A stretch of DNA of 64,000 nt from Vicugna vicugna. Taxonomy: Eukaryota. Shown piece by piece: positions 28,712 to 41,628 of the stretch (positions within the stretch are counted from its first letter, which is position 1; the number at the start of each line of letters is the position of its first letter). Position numbers and translations under genes: made by a program. The stretch spans positions 310,001 through 374,000 of the forward strand of contig MU058444.1 of assembly GCA_013265495.1 (NCBI GenBank), in the 5' to 3' direction. Under the pieces are notes generated by a model. It had not been told where the DNA came from and searched no databases. It saw only the letters and a program-made list of their open reading frames with translations.

Positions 28712-29379
28712 TGAGGTCGTGGTGGGTCTTTTCTGGGAAAGTCTCCCTGCATCTGTGCAGGAAATGGGCTGCTCACACCTCTTTCCAACGTCTGAAATTC
28801 TTTAGTGTTTTGGCTTTGACTCAGAGTGAAGGCTGAAAATACAAAATACATACTCCTAAAAGAGGCTAGAGTCACTTAAAATCCAAACTGATGGTTTGGA
28901 GGGTTAGTACTGAACATCTCCAGCAAACTGTTTTTAAGCCAGGGAGCTGTTTGGAGTGACTGTGTCTGTGTTTTGTAAATCAGTGTAGTTTGAAAAAGCA
29001 TTCACTCCAACATCATGTTACTGTCGTAAACCCTTTGCTGAGAGCTGGTTTTGATAGAGGGGAGCCAGAAGGTTCTGGGTGAACACAGCCACCTTGCCGA
29101 TCCCAGTCAGAGGAGCGTTTAAGACCCCAAGGGAACAACGCGGCAGATTGTGTTACTAAGGACAGTGCTAGATCCAACACGCGCGGCCACACAGCTGTCA
29201 AGAGGGAGTTTTTGAAGCGAGTGTGTAAAAAAGAATCATGAAAAAGAACTCCATCCATTATGATGTCATCCTGCAGTGAAATAGTAAACGTTGATTCAGT
29301 GGCTATTTTACGATCTCAAATAGCATTATGCATCATTGAAAAGGAAGGGCAGCCTTGCTGGTCACAGGACCCCTGCTGA

Positions 29380-29577
<198 letters not shown>

Positions 29578-29685
29578 TGAAAGCCTTCCGAGGTGGACGG
29601 AGAGTCACATCCGATAAAGATCACTTTTATTTTCAAACAGTCTTTTCTCTGTTTTGCCTTCAGCATTTAAGAATTTTTTTTTTAA

Positions 29686-29845
29686 GGGGAGAGTATATAG
29701 CTCAGTGGTAAAGTGCATGCTTAGCATGCATGAGGTCCCGGGTTCTAATCCCCAGTACCTCTGTTAAGATAAATAAATAAATAAACCTAATTACCTCCCC
29801 CCGCAGTAAAAATTAATTAACTAATTCAAAGCAAAACAAAACTTA
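29686..29845 (+). mobile_element. Vic-1-type SINE in intron 13
   Basis: tatagctcagtggtaaagtgcatgcttagcatgcatgaggtcccgggttc...aaataaacctaattacctcccc. Confidence 0.9.
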
Positions 29846-31300
29846 AAAGAAAATTTTTTTAGAGAGAAAACTAGGTATTTTTCCATCCTGATTCACCAAA
29901 TGTATGTCGGGCAAATGGGACTTCTATTTATTTTGTTTGAATAGTTTGTGGGTGCGTCTTTTTTTTTTTCTTTGCGATAATGTCCCCTCCTCCCCCCACT
30001 GTTTTCTCAAAATTAGTTGGGAATTTTTTCTTTTGTGTTGTTCCGGGTGAACGAAGTCTTTTCCCACCCTCCACCCCCGGCTTACAGCTGTCCCATGTGG
30101 ACTCATCCTCATTTCATGATGTGACTTAACCTGCCTGCTGTCCTCCTAGACCTCTGTCCTCCTTCGTGTAGCCGGGGCCCTTCACCTTCACGCAGAGAGC
30201 TTGTGGCCTCAGTAGGATGACCCTACAGGTCTTCATTCAGAAATCGGAGGCAGGTGGGAAAGGGCCAGTCAGCCCTCCTTCCATCCGTCCCTGACAGTGT
30301 GTCTCAGCCCCCCAGCATCTCCAGGGGTCAGCGACAACTCTTGGAGCCTTCCTACAAGTTGACTTTGGCATCTTAAAACTCCTTGCACTAATTGAGATTT
30401 TCATAAGCATAACCTAGAAGAGAGGGAGTGCTTCCAGCCCCCGAACCGAAGAGTGGATTTTTAAATTACTGCCTGGAGTCTTTGTTATCCCAGCTGTCCC
30501 CAGATGGGACTTTACCCATTTGCAGGAGTACAGTGCACGGCAGGAATCAGGCATGACAGAATGAAGTCCGCATTCGTGACCCTCTACTGCTCACCCCACA
30601 ACTTAGAGCAGGGTTGTTTCACCCCTTACTCGTGGCCTCGGCAATGCCCTTCCTTTTTTTAACCTCTGAAGCTCCCGGAGAGGCCATTTAAAAAATGTAA
30701 ACACTGTTTCAGGAGCGAAAGAGCAAGTCATGTGTTAAATAACATAATCTTTAAAATGTTGCCCACGCCCGTTACTTCACGTCCAGCACTGAGGTCTTTT
30801 AGAAGAACTCAAACTTTCTTTGGTAGGTCACATAAATGAAACACAGCAGCAAAATCAGAAAAGAAGTGCTTTCCCATTTCCCTTGTTCCTTCGCCTCCCA
30901 TGCCTCGTGGGTTGAAGGAAGCCAGAACCACTTCAGATAATAGTAGAACATCCAGCGATTTTAATTTTAGAGATTTTTTTACCCCTTCATCTTTGTCTGC
31001 CCCCACAGTTCTGTCTCGCTTAAGTCCTTTCTTTCCTTCTGACCGTTCACGGAGCTTTGTTTTCATCTCAACACTCATCTCCTATTTTACAAAAGATCCT
31101 TTATTCCGAAAGTAACCCTTCCATCTGGACCAGGTAAGTTACACGCAACACTTTGATCCTCCATCCTCGGTTAACCACTGGTGAGCGGTTGAAACGCAGG
31201 TAGCCCCCCCAGGCCGGCCTTTCCGCCGCACCCCGAGCCCTGAGCCCCGAGCCCCGGGGAGGTGAGACCGTGCTGGAAGGCCAGCCCCGGGATGCCCTGA

Positions 31301-31492
<192 letters not shown>

Positions 31493-31577
31493 ACGGCGCC
31501 TGCCCCGCCGCGCTCCTCCGTCCGCCCGGACCGCGCGCACCTGCCCGCCGCGGGTCGGGGTGCTGCTCCCCCGGCAA

Positions 31578-31585
31578 GTGCCTTA
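31578..31585 (+). promoter_or_regulatory. miR-124-3p 8mer site (GTGCCTTA), first copy
   Basis: Exact complement of seed AAGGCAC plus A1, in the 3'UTR. Confidence 0.7.
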
Positions 31586-32038
31586 CTCCAACCCGCGCCC
31601 GTGGGCTCCCGCCTCTTTTTTTTCCCCCTAAACTTCAGTTGTTTGTAATAAGTAGAATACACTACTGAAAACATCTGACCCTTGTTTTTGTCTTATGTTG
31701 GGCTAAGGGAGAGCAGGAAGCGGGATTTCTATCCTCCTCCCTCCCATCCATCAAGTGCTGGGGCGTTGTAAACCCAAGTTCTCTTGGACCTACTGACGAG
31801 AGAGAGAGTTTTATGTCTGGGGGGGGGCGGGGAATGGATACTTTTTTAAACCTTTTTTGGCAGCTCAGATGGTGTAAATTAAAAATTTTTGTATAGGTAT
31901 TTCGTAACAAAAAAATTTATGTATTTCTTTTTGTTATTTTATCCGGAAAACGGTACACATTTAAGCATTTGTGCAGGAAAAAAAAATAATTAACCAAACC
32001 AATCCTAAAGTGTTTGTTTTTATCTGTACCACCCCCTT

Positions 32039-32046
32039 GTGCCTTA
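32039..32046 (+). promoter_or_regulatory. miR-124-3p 8mer site (GTGCCTTA), second copy
   Basis: Exact 8mer in the 3'UTR. Confidence 0.7.
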
Positions 32047-32771
32047 CTGTATCCTGTGTTCTGTCAAACCGTTGCACACGGCAGCCTCTCTGAGCAGTGA
32101 GGTGACGCTTGGAACGTGGTACGGTTAAAGCAGTGTTGGCTTTTAATCCGTGATTGACCAGGTGGATTTATTTTTAACCAAAAAGAAGAGTTACCACCAA
32201 TTTATAAATTATATTGGTTGATTTTTTTAAATAGATGAACCAAAGGATTTAACTGCTAATATCTCACTTCTTACACTCTGATTTTTCATGAATGAGTCCC
32301 TTAATGATGAGTGTGGCGTCTGACTGTAATTACTCAGAAAGTGTGTGCCATTTGTAAAATAAAATAACCAGAAAAGCACAAAAAGAGAAAGCTGGCTCAG
32401 AAACGCAGTGGGTAAATAAATTATGTACTGCAAAAGAAAGTATGATTTTTTTTTAATTGAAGAAAGCTTTAAAAGTTTTATATCGCGATATAAAACCACA
32501 ATAAAGCAGAATAACCCTATTAGAAACATTGCTGTCTTTATAAGTGCAATTTAATTTGTAAATAGAGTTTGGGGTCAAAGTATAACAAAATATTGCTTCA
32601 AGTTTTAATTGTAAATCTGCTAATTTAAGGGGTCTAGAGGTATGTTTTGGTGTATTTCTGTTGATTTTTTTCTCTTGTGTGTGTGTGTATGATGTGATAA
32701 AAGAAGAATGAAAAATGCCCACTGTGTTTAGGAAAAATCACGTTGATGTCTTTTTAAAATTTTTTCCATGA

Positions 32772-32777
32772 AATAAA
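32772..32777 (+). terminator. Probable main polyadenylation signal (AATAAA) of LRRC1
   Basis: Last AATAAA of the AU-rich block, preceded by U-rich sequence; composition changes afterwards. Confidence 0.65.
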
Positions 32778-34957
32778 GTCACCCTGGACATTAGCAATAC
32801 AGCTTTTTAAAGTGAATTATCACCTTGTACGTTCACACGATGGCAGACCACCGAGTCCTTGAACAACACGCTCCCTTTCCTCAAACATCTGAACCACCAG
32901 TCAGCTTCGTGTTAACATCCTGTGGGACTTGACCGCCCTCCTCCTCCCACACGGGGCAGAATCACCTTGCACTCTGGTTTGTGACCTTGGGTTGGGGTTG
33001 ACCGGCCAATTGGACTCCTTAGAAACCTACTTTCAACCAACGGAATACGGCACCTTCTTTTATGAACATGCGTTTCCTTACTGAGTTCCCTTTGCTGTTT
33101 TGGCCGTTGGTCTGTGTGTGTGTGTATTTCTAGGACTTTTTACTGAGGTGAAGTCACCCTATGCCTCGGTGGTTTTGGTGAGTCCGTTTTCTCCCCTGGT
33201 GCCTCCTCCGTGGGCACCTACTTTCTCTTCTCCATCTCTATGTTTCCGGCATATTCTGTTTCACTGTATAAAGGTGGTGCCACCAGCTCGTGGGCTGATA
33301 GAGTAGTCGACTGGTTTGGCTTTTGTGTGTTTGTGAGAGGCCCTCTCACCTCTGTTTCACATTCACCTGAGTTTTTTGGGTTTTGTTTTGCTGTTTTCAG
33401 TTTGGGGATTCGTTGATCCGCCACTTCCTCGAGTGGGAAAAGTCACTTTCCTCTTAGTCATTTATTCTGGGTGACACTGCAATGCTTTTTCCGCTCAGGT
33501 TGCTGGGACAGACTTAGACTTCATGATGGAAACAGCATCAACCAATCAGACCCAACTGGAGAACTTGCTGGCCTTTTCCACGGAAAGGGAAACAAATAAT
33601 TAGGCACATAGAATTGCCTAGAAAAATGGAAACACACACTGTTCTGTCTACCTCTGTTCCACCAGAGCCATGATGAACCGAGGAGACGAGGGAGGGCTTT
33701 ATATAAAAACAAACAACCAGAAACCACTATAGAAGTTCTCTCTGTTCTTCAGGGTCACGGTTTCTCCTTGGAGAAAACCAATTTGGTCCTCTGTCAGCCT
33801 GTAAGTCAGTGGCATCACCTCCACAAACAAAACAGAGTCTGCCAGGATCTTCAGATGCAGGAAAGGAAATGGGTACCCACAGATTTAGGAGCAGGGTTTC
33901 ATGTCGTCATCAGGAAAATTTAATGACGGGAGAGGATGCCTTTCCCTTGTGAGGCCAGTGCCAAAAGTTCCTGACTTTTTCCTAGGGAATCCTGTCCCAC
34001 AGCGGTGTCAGCTTCTCCCGCCCCGTGTCTGGCCCTTCCTTTAGGAAAGGGAGGAGGACTCTGTACAGCTCGACTGTTTATCTTGGGGGAGTGACAGGTA
34101 AAAGCAGGAAAGATTAGTATGACCGGTTCACTCACTTCTTTCTAGCCCCCGTAGTTCTTCCTTTTAGCAAGGAAATGACACCTAAGTGGATGAAATAGTA
34201 CCGAACAATTTAGAGGGGATGAAATACTGAAGCCATTGATGATTGAATGAGGGACAGGTAAGGAAATGAGAACTGTTTGCCTGGATGCTCTGCTTTTTTC
34301 TGGAGAGTTGGGAGGAATGGTCCCAATCAACCTCATCTTTTATCTAAAAACTTTGCAGTTAGATGTCATCATGTCAGGAAGCACAGAGGACGTGGTTCCC
34401 GCCAGCCTCCCCCTGCGGTCCCCCATCTCTGGTGAGACCTACCACCCCCGCCAAGGCTTAGTGGACGGGGTAGGGGCTGGGAAAAATCCCTTCCTGCTCA
34501 GAGAGTTACTCTGAGCAGCCGGTTCTCACCTGGCGAGGCGGCCGGCATCCCGGCCGCGGGCTCGCGGGCCAAACACCGTCTGACCAGGGACGGCACCGAA
34601 GCTGCTTATTAATGGAGGGCTGGCAGCTCCGTGAGAGTTGCAATCTCATTTCAGCGTTTAGTGTTGACTTCACACCACTTTCCAAAGAACCAATGCAAGA
34701 AAAAAAATCCAAACTTAAATACGGATCATCAAAAACATACAGAAGTAATACGTATGATTGAAACATGCTGCTGTGTGCCAGAAACTGACACAACATTGTG
34801 AACTGACTATCCTTCCATTAAAAAATGCAACACACACACAAAAGTAGAATTGTGTAGTGGCTCCCCATATCCCCATCACCCAGCACCAACAATTGGTAAC
34901 ATAAGATCAGCACTCAGCCATTTTAAAGGAACCAAGTTGTATTTTAAAATATATCCA

Positions 34958-35091
34958 GGGGGAGGGTAGAGCTCAGCGATAGGGCATGTGCTTAGCATAC
35001 ATGAGGTCCTGGGTTCAACCCCCAGTATCTCCATTAAAAAAAAATCAAATAAACCTAATTACCTCCCCCCAATTAAAAAAATACAATAAAA
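34958..35091 (+). mobile_element. Vic-1-type SINE
   Basis: Same body; TSD taaaatatatcca / taaaatgcatcca. Confidence 0.9.
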
Positions 35092-36139
35092 TAAAATGCA
35101 TCCATAAGGAGAGGACTGCACAATGAAGTAATTAGAAAACTCTGGAAAAGCAGAGAGTGAATATCTCCTTTAAGTAGCTCTTTGGAGTTTAAAATCCCGA
35201 GAGCCAGCACAGCCCAGCCGTTGGAAGCATGTGGACATAGGTGTGAATCCCAGTCCTGCCACGTGGCTTTGGGTAAACTATTTAACCTCCCGGTCCTTCG
35301 TCTCTAAAATGGGGCGGTGATGTGCCTCTGACCGGCTGAGAGTGGGGACGCAGTGGGATACGGGAGACTCCCACTCTCAGGGAGTGAGTCGTTACTGTTA
35401 TTACGGGTCTTGCTGTTGCTACAGTGATGTTTTCAGCATCACTTCCTAGCCCGGAGCCAGCAGTGGGTGACCTCCAGGGTCATGTGCTCCAGGAATGAGG
35501 TTCTCCAGCAGAGCAAACGTCACCTGAACATTCTCTCACCTGCGTTACTATCTAGAGACTCGTGAGGTATGTAATGGGCGAGGGAAATTTTAATTTGTCG
35601 GGTCAGCTCACTTAATCAGGTTGGCGATGGTCTTGGTCCCATCACTGGACTCACTGGCTGCCCTCAAGGGGAAGCTATTTTCTACCAAGAAACCATTAAT
35701 TGCCTCATTGAGAAAACGGTCTCCGGGTTTCCACACAACGTCCCCCCTCTGCCAAGCCCTCCGTTGTCCAGGTTTTGGTCTATTGGGCTTATTTCCTGTC
35801 TTATCTCTACTTTATTTCACCTCTGATTTCCGTAACTCCTTCCTTTTCCAGCTCTCTTGCTGTGTTCTGTCTCTTCTCTCTCAAAGGGAGACCTCTGAGG
35901 CTTAGAAGGAAGGGCAGGTAGACTGAAGACCTGGATCACCGGTGGGAAAAGGCCTACTGGATCAAAGGAATGGGTGCAGCCTGAGCTGGTGAGTGTGCAG
36001 TCCACTCCCATCTCTCTGCAGGATTTTATTTTTAAAAAGCTGACAGCTGGCGGGATGGGGGACCAACCAGAAGAACCTGATCTGGCGACCTTCGTTCAGC
36101 AGGCTGTGCGAAGGACTGGAGATGCGATTTTGTGTCTCA

Positions 36140-37244
36140 GTTTTTTTTTTTTAAATTGAACTCTAGCCAGGTTACAATGTTGTGTTAATTTCTGGTGTAC
36201 AGCATAGTGTTTCAGTTGTGTATATATAAATATTCTTTTTCATTATAGGTTATTACAAGATATTGAATATAATTCCCTGTGCTGCACTGTTGTTTATCTA
36301 TTTTATATACAGTAGTTAGTATCTGCAAATCCCAAACTTCTAATTTATCCCTGCCCACTCCCTTTCCCCCCTGGTAACCATAAGTTTGTTTTCTATGTCT
36401 ATGAGTCTGTTTCTATTTTGTAAGTAAGTTCATTTGTGTCTTTTTTTTTTTTTTGGATTCCATATATGAGTGATATCATATGGTATTTTTCTTTCTCTTT
36501 CTGGCTTACTTCACTTAGAATAATGATCTCTAGGTCCATCCATGTTGCTGCAAATGGCATCATTTTATTATTTTTTATGGCTGAATAGTATTCCATTGTG
36601 TAAATATACCACATCTTCTTTATCCAGTCATCTGCTGATGGACATTTAGGTTGCTTCCATGTCTTGGCTACTGTAAATAGAGCTGCTATGAATACTGGGG
36701 TGCATGTATCTTTTCAAATTAGAGTTCCCTCCAGATAGATGCCCAGGAATGCAATTGCTGGATCATACGGTAAGTCTATTTTTGTTTTTTTACGGAACCT
36801 CCATACTGTTCTCTATAGTGGCTGCACTAAATTACATTCCCACCAACAGTGTAGGAGGGTTCCCTTTTCTCCACACCCTCTCCAGCATTTATTGTTTGTG
36901 GACTTTTTAACAATGGCCATTCTGACCCGTGTGAGGTGATACCTCATTGTCGTTTTGATTTGCATTTCTGTGATAATTAATGATGTTGAGCATCTTTTCA
37001 TGTGCCTGTTGGCCATCTGGATGTCTTGGGGGAAAGCTGTCTGTAGGCCTTCTGCCCATTTTTGATCGGGTTGGCTTTTTAGCTGCTGTCGTTATTGAGT
37101 TACATGGGCTGTTTATAATATTCTGGAAACAAAGGCCCTTGTCAGTCACATCTTTTGCAAATATTTTCTCCCAGCCTGTAGGTTGCCTTTTCATTTTGTT
37201 TATGGTTTCTTTTGCTGTGCAAAAGCTTCTAAGTTTGATTAGGT

Positions 37245-37281
<37 letters not shown>

Positions 37282-37483
37282 CAACTGCCCTAGGAGAATG
37301 TCCTTAGATTTATATCAGAGAACGCTGTGCCTGTGTCCTCTTCTGGAAGTTTATGTTTTCCTGTCTTATGTTTAAATCTTTAAGCCACTGAGAGTTTATT
37401 TTTGTGTATGATGTGAGGGAGTCTTCTAACTTCATTGCGTTACATGTGGCTGTCCAGCCTTCCTAACGCCACTTGTCAGAGAG
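36140..37483 (-). mobile_element. 5'-truncated L1 (~1.3 kb) with ORF2 C-terminus and 3'UTR
   Basis: Track ORFs give L1 ORF2 peptides: [30 protein letters not shown]...[18 protein letters not shown] (Cys-rich domain), MWYIYTMEYYSAIK; frameshifted. Confidence 0.95.
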
Positions 37484-37499
37484 ACCAGGACAGCAGAAT

Positions 37500-37590
37500 T
37501 TTTTGTTTGTTTTAATAAAGGTTCTGGGGTTTGAACCCAGGACTTCGTGCACGCTAAGCACACGGTCTCCCTCTGAGCTATGTCCCTCCC
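37500..37590 (-). mobile_element. Vic-1-type SINE (short form)
   Basis: Reverse complement of the SINE head (gaacccaggac...ctgagctatgtccctccc). Confidence 0.8.
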
Positions 37591-39955
37591 GCAGTTCTGA
37601 ACTGTGGGAGAGGGCAGTCACCATGACAGGTCCAGGCTCTTGAGCTCAGACTGGGCAAGAATCTGATTGGGTCCATCCTCCAGGGTCCTTGGGAGGCACC
37701 AGCATTTAATTTCTGAGCAGATGATGGGCTGCCTCTTAGTGAAATAGGAGTTATGGTGGTTCCTGTTTTCTGAGCGCTTACTATGTGCACCGCCCTGAGC
37801 TAACTGAACAGTCTCAGTTTTCCAGAGCAACCCATGAGGTCAGTATTGGCGTTTCCCTTTTGCCAAGGAGCGAATTAAGATTCAGACAGTCTTCTTTACT
37901 TGTTCCAAGATCAAAGAGCAAGCGACAAATTTGGAATTCGAGTCACAGCTTCGTCGACTAGAGTCTGATCTCCATCACTCCTTTATTTGCCTTTGCCTGC
38001 CCCCCGCCCCCACCACCTTCAGCCAAAATGCTGCGAAGCTGCCATTATACTTGGAGTTCTGTTCATTGCAGAGGTGATGGTTCTGTTTTAATTTATTGGG
38101 ATTATTTAGGTCTAGGTTATGGACAAAGACTGACATAGAACTGAGTGAAGTTTAGCACCGTCTGGGCAGACTGGGACCCAGTTGTGGTAGCAAATGCTCT
38201 GCCCCCACCCCCGTGCAACCCCCATCTCGGGTGCCCAAGCCACATGACATCCTACAGGAAGCGCTGTAAGAAAATGTTCATGGGATCTTTGTTCTATTAT
38301 CTCAAACTGCGTGCAATCCTCAAGAGACTTGGGAGAAAAAGTACTTGGTTAGTGGGTGTGACCAGATAAAAATTACTTTTTTTTTTTTAAAAAAAACACT
38401 GACTAAAGGGACAGTTGGATAACCCGCTCTTGAGAGAGCTGCACTGTGTTTCTAAAATTGGCAGGGAGCCCTGGGCTGAGCTCATTAGTCAACACCGATC
38501 TTCACCCTCCCTTTCACGGCCTCCCCTCGGAGAAAGGACAGATAAGGGAGGCTTGGAAATCAGTGGTGCTGCAACTTGGCCGTGTTGCAGGAGGTGAGGC
38601 GGGGGTAGGGGAGTGAGGAGGGTGACTCATGATTTATTACTTAAGATCCTCCCTGTGAAAGGGTGGTTGGCAGAGATTGGACAAATAAGGGTTGCTCCTG
38701 TTGAGGGACTATCGTTTAATCAGAGACGCAGAAAGCCAGAAGAGAAAACCCGTGTGACTAAGCAGCGTTTCACTCTGCTCAGGACCGGCTCTGCCACGCG
38801 GGGCTGGGGAACAAAAGCTCTGGTGCTGTCTGTACCCCGGAGCACAGGGCCTGATGGAGCGACCCCGCACCGGACACCGCGATTTACACAGAGTTGACAG
38901 ATGCTTCTCTGGGGAAGGGGGTTTCTCAAGCTAAGTCACACGTGCGGGCTTGATGCTCACAGAGGTGCCCAAGGACCGCCAGGGGCCGCACCGACTGAGC
39001 ATCGGAGGGAACCGAGCTCCCTAGGGGACAGTTTGCTCCTTGCCCAGTGTCCCCTGTTCCCCTTCGCACACACCTGGCTGCCACCTCCCAGCTGTAGGTG
39101 TGAGGGCTTGTTTGTTTAAACTTCGCTGAGCACTGCTTGGAAAAACAAAACAACACACTCACTTGTCTGGGCATTGAATGTTCTTCCTGAAGTCTGGTCC
39201 TGCCCAGTGGCCCCGAGGCATCACGGGTGGGGCGAGTTTCGGCGTTGGTTTGGGGAGTTTCGGGAATGGGCTGGGGGCTGGGTTGGCTCCGTGGGGGTTG
39301 CCCTTGGTTTTCATCATGCTGGAATGTCTGAGGGTCAGGGGCATCACCATATGGGAGACCGTGGGGCTGCCGCTGTGTCGCATGAGGGCAGATGCCCCTG
39401 GGGAGGCACTTCTGGGGGCCTGACGGATGGGAGGTAACCGTCATCCAGGTGGTGGTCTCCCCTGGACCCCTGGAAAGTCACCTGTCGAGTGAGGTCCCCG
39501 CTGGATGGGGCTGATTCCTGCGCATTACTGAACTGCCTGTCTTCCCCCAACCCCTGCCGGGTTGATGTCACCAGCAGATGAAGGTGGTGTGCCCAGGACC
39601 CGGGCAGAAGCAGACCTTTGGCGACCCAGAGCTGGTCACCTGTGGTGGCTCCACCCTAAGTGGGACACGCAGCCTCCTCTTCCCCCCAGTCTTAGTGTGC
39701 AGCTCCGTGCAGCAGGCAGGATGTCACTCTGGCACGTCTCCTCCCGCAGAGCCTGCGGGTGGGGTGGGGTGGCTCTGAGGGTGCTGAGCCCATTCCTGCT
39801 CACCGTCCTGGGACCTGAGACCACTACCGTGTTCTCTCCCTCCTAGGGGTGGCAGGGACCAGAGCCCCTTGGTGGCCGTGTTAAAGCAGATCCCTGGGTC
39901 CCACCCCAGGAGTCTGATTCGGAGGGGCTGGTCTGGGGCCCAATAATCTGCATTT

Positions 39956-40041
39956 TTTAAATGGAGGGACTGGGGACTGAACCCAGGACCTCATGCATGC
40001 TAAGCACGGGCTCTACCACTGAGCTCTGCCCTCCCCCACCC
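39956..40041 (-). mobile_element. Vic-1-type SINE nested in a MER5A (host ~39845-40118)
   Basis: TSD aatctgcattt at 39945-39955 and 40047-40057; MER5A text resumes with ctaacaagttccc. Confidence 0.85.
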
Positions 40042-40299
40042 CTGAAAATCTGCATTTCTAACAAGTTCCCGGGTGCAGCTGCTGCTGGCCCAGAGACTAG
40101 ACTTAGAGAACCGCTGCTCTGTGTATTGTAAGGAGTTGAAAGTTTAGAGTTAAGCAGAGCGAGGTTTAAACCCAGCAATTACTTAATTTTGAGAACTTGA
40201 GAGGTTTTTCTTGATTTCCCCAAGTCTCAGTTAACTCATTTTTAAAGTGGGAATAATCTCCCTTCAAAGATTCTTTTCTAGACTGGGATTTCAAAATTA

Positions 40300-40390
40300 T
40301 AGAATAGATAAACAAGATTATACTGTATAGCACAGGGAAATATACACAGGATCTTACAGTAAGTAGCTCACAGAGAAAGAAATGTGACAA

Positions 40391-40424
<34 letters not shown>

Positions 40425-40525
40425 CATGTGTAACTGAAAAATTGTGCTCTACACTGGAATTTGACACAACATTGTAAAATGATTATAAATCAATAGAAAA
40501 AGTTTTAAAAAATAAAAATAAATAA
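40300..40525 (+). mobile_element. L1 3'-end fragment with internal (TA)n
   Basis: actgtatagcacagggaaatat...acacaacattgtaaaatgattat followed by an A-rich tail. Confidence 0.85.
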
Positions 40526-41423
40526 AACTCAGAGATCGATGCTAAAAAAAAAAAAAAAAGATTCTTTTCTCTTTTTTTTAACAGAACGAGGGGATAAAGG
40601 TGGCCCCTGGCAGGCTCTCCGGAATTGCCAGCTCCTTGGCCATCCTGAAGTGTGCGCACAGGGCTCCCACAGGTGGCTGGAGGAGCATCTGGTCTCTTTA
40701 GCTGGACTTGAGGCTCCTCTGTTAATGGATTCGAGTTAGTGGGAGCAGAGGAGGTGCTCAGAGAACTGGGAGCTCTGCTTCCCACCCCAGGGGAAGCCTG
40801 GAAGTGCTGATGGGCCCATGGTGGGACTGTATTAGCACGTCTGGACTTGCCCATGGCAGGAGCCGTGTCTTACTCATTTGTGTGTCTGTTCCTGACACTC
40901 ACTGAAGCCCCAAGTCTCCAAACCCACAATCTGCTGCTACACCAGGACTGTTGGAGGAAATCTCCAACCGTGATGTCTCTGAACATTTCAGGAACCTGAA
41001 CCTCATCCCTGTCCTTCATGCAGCTCAGCTCATTTCAGTGTCTCAAGAAACTAAAGTCAAGTTGCTTTAGTCACCTTGTCCCAAGTTCTCTCTGTTCCCC
41101 CCAAATCCATGACCTCCCTCCTTGTTACTGCAGAGATCCTCAAAATGGGTAACTGGTATGGGAAAAAACACACATCAATATATAAATGTTAAATTGTATC
41201 CCTTGTGATCTAAAGCAAAATGACATACATTGTTAAACGCTACCTTCCTAGAGATCTGATGAGTGGTGTGAATCATTTATCACACGCTTTCTAAATAAGT
41301 TGTGCATTTTAGACTTGTTTAATGTATGCTCACTATCTCAGTGATGTGTTTCTCTGAGCCCTGTTTTGATTTGGAAACAGTATCAAACATTTTTTGGACA
41401 ATATTTCTACTAAGACATTTAAG

Positions 41424-41560
41424 GGCAGGGTCCTTAAGCTATGGCTCACTGCCTGTTTTTGTAAAGAAGATTTTGTTGGCACATGGCTGTGCTTATTTGT
41501 TTATGTACGGAGACTGCCCCTCCAAGCCTAACTTAAAATACTCTTTGGCTCTTTAACTGA
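41424..41560. mobile_element. MER58-like hAT-Charlie relic
   Basis: ctgcctgtttttgtaaa...gattttgttggcaca...atttgtttatgta. Confidence 0.55.
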
Positions 41561-41614
41561 TGAAGTTAAAAGGGGTTTCTGCTTCTCATCAATAGGTCTC
41601 AGCTGGTACTTTAG

Positions 41615-41628
41615 CCACCAGAGGGCGC
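41615..41628 (+). promoter_or_regulatory. CTCF core motif CCACCAGAGGGCGC
   Basis: Full match to CCASYAGRKGGCRS. Confidence 0.7.

Larger units (their letters stand above)
31493..32800 (+). other. LRRC1: LRRC1 3'UTR (GC-rich start, then AU-rich); end position approximate
   Basis: Follows the stop codon; no recognisable repeats; AATAAA at 32358, 32415, 32500 and 32772. Confidence 0.8.

Noticed and set aside
37248..37281. Long poly-T inside the L1, resembling a second retro-insertion tail
   Set aside because: The L1 sequence continues colinearly on both sides, which fits expansion of an existing T-rich tract.
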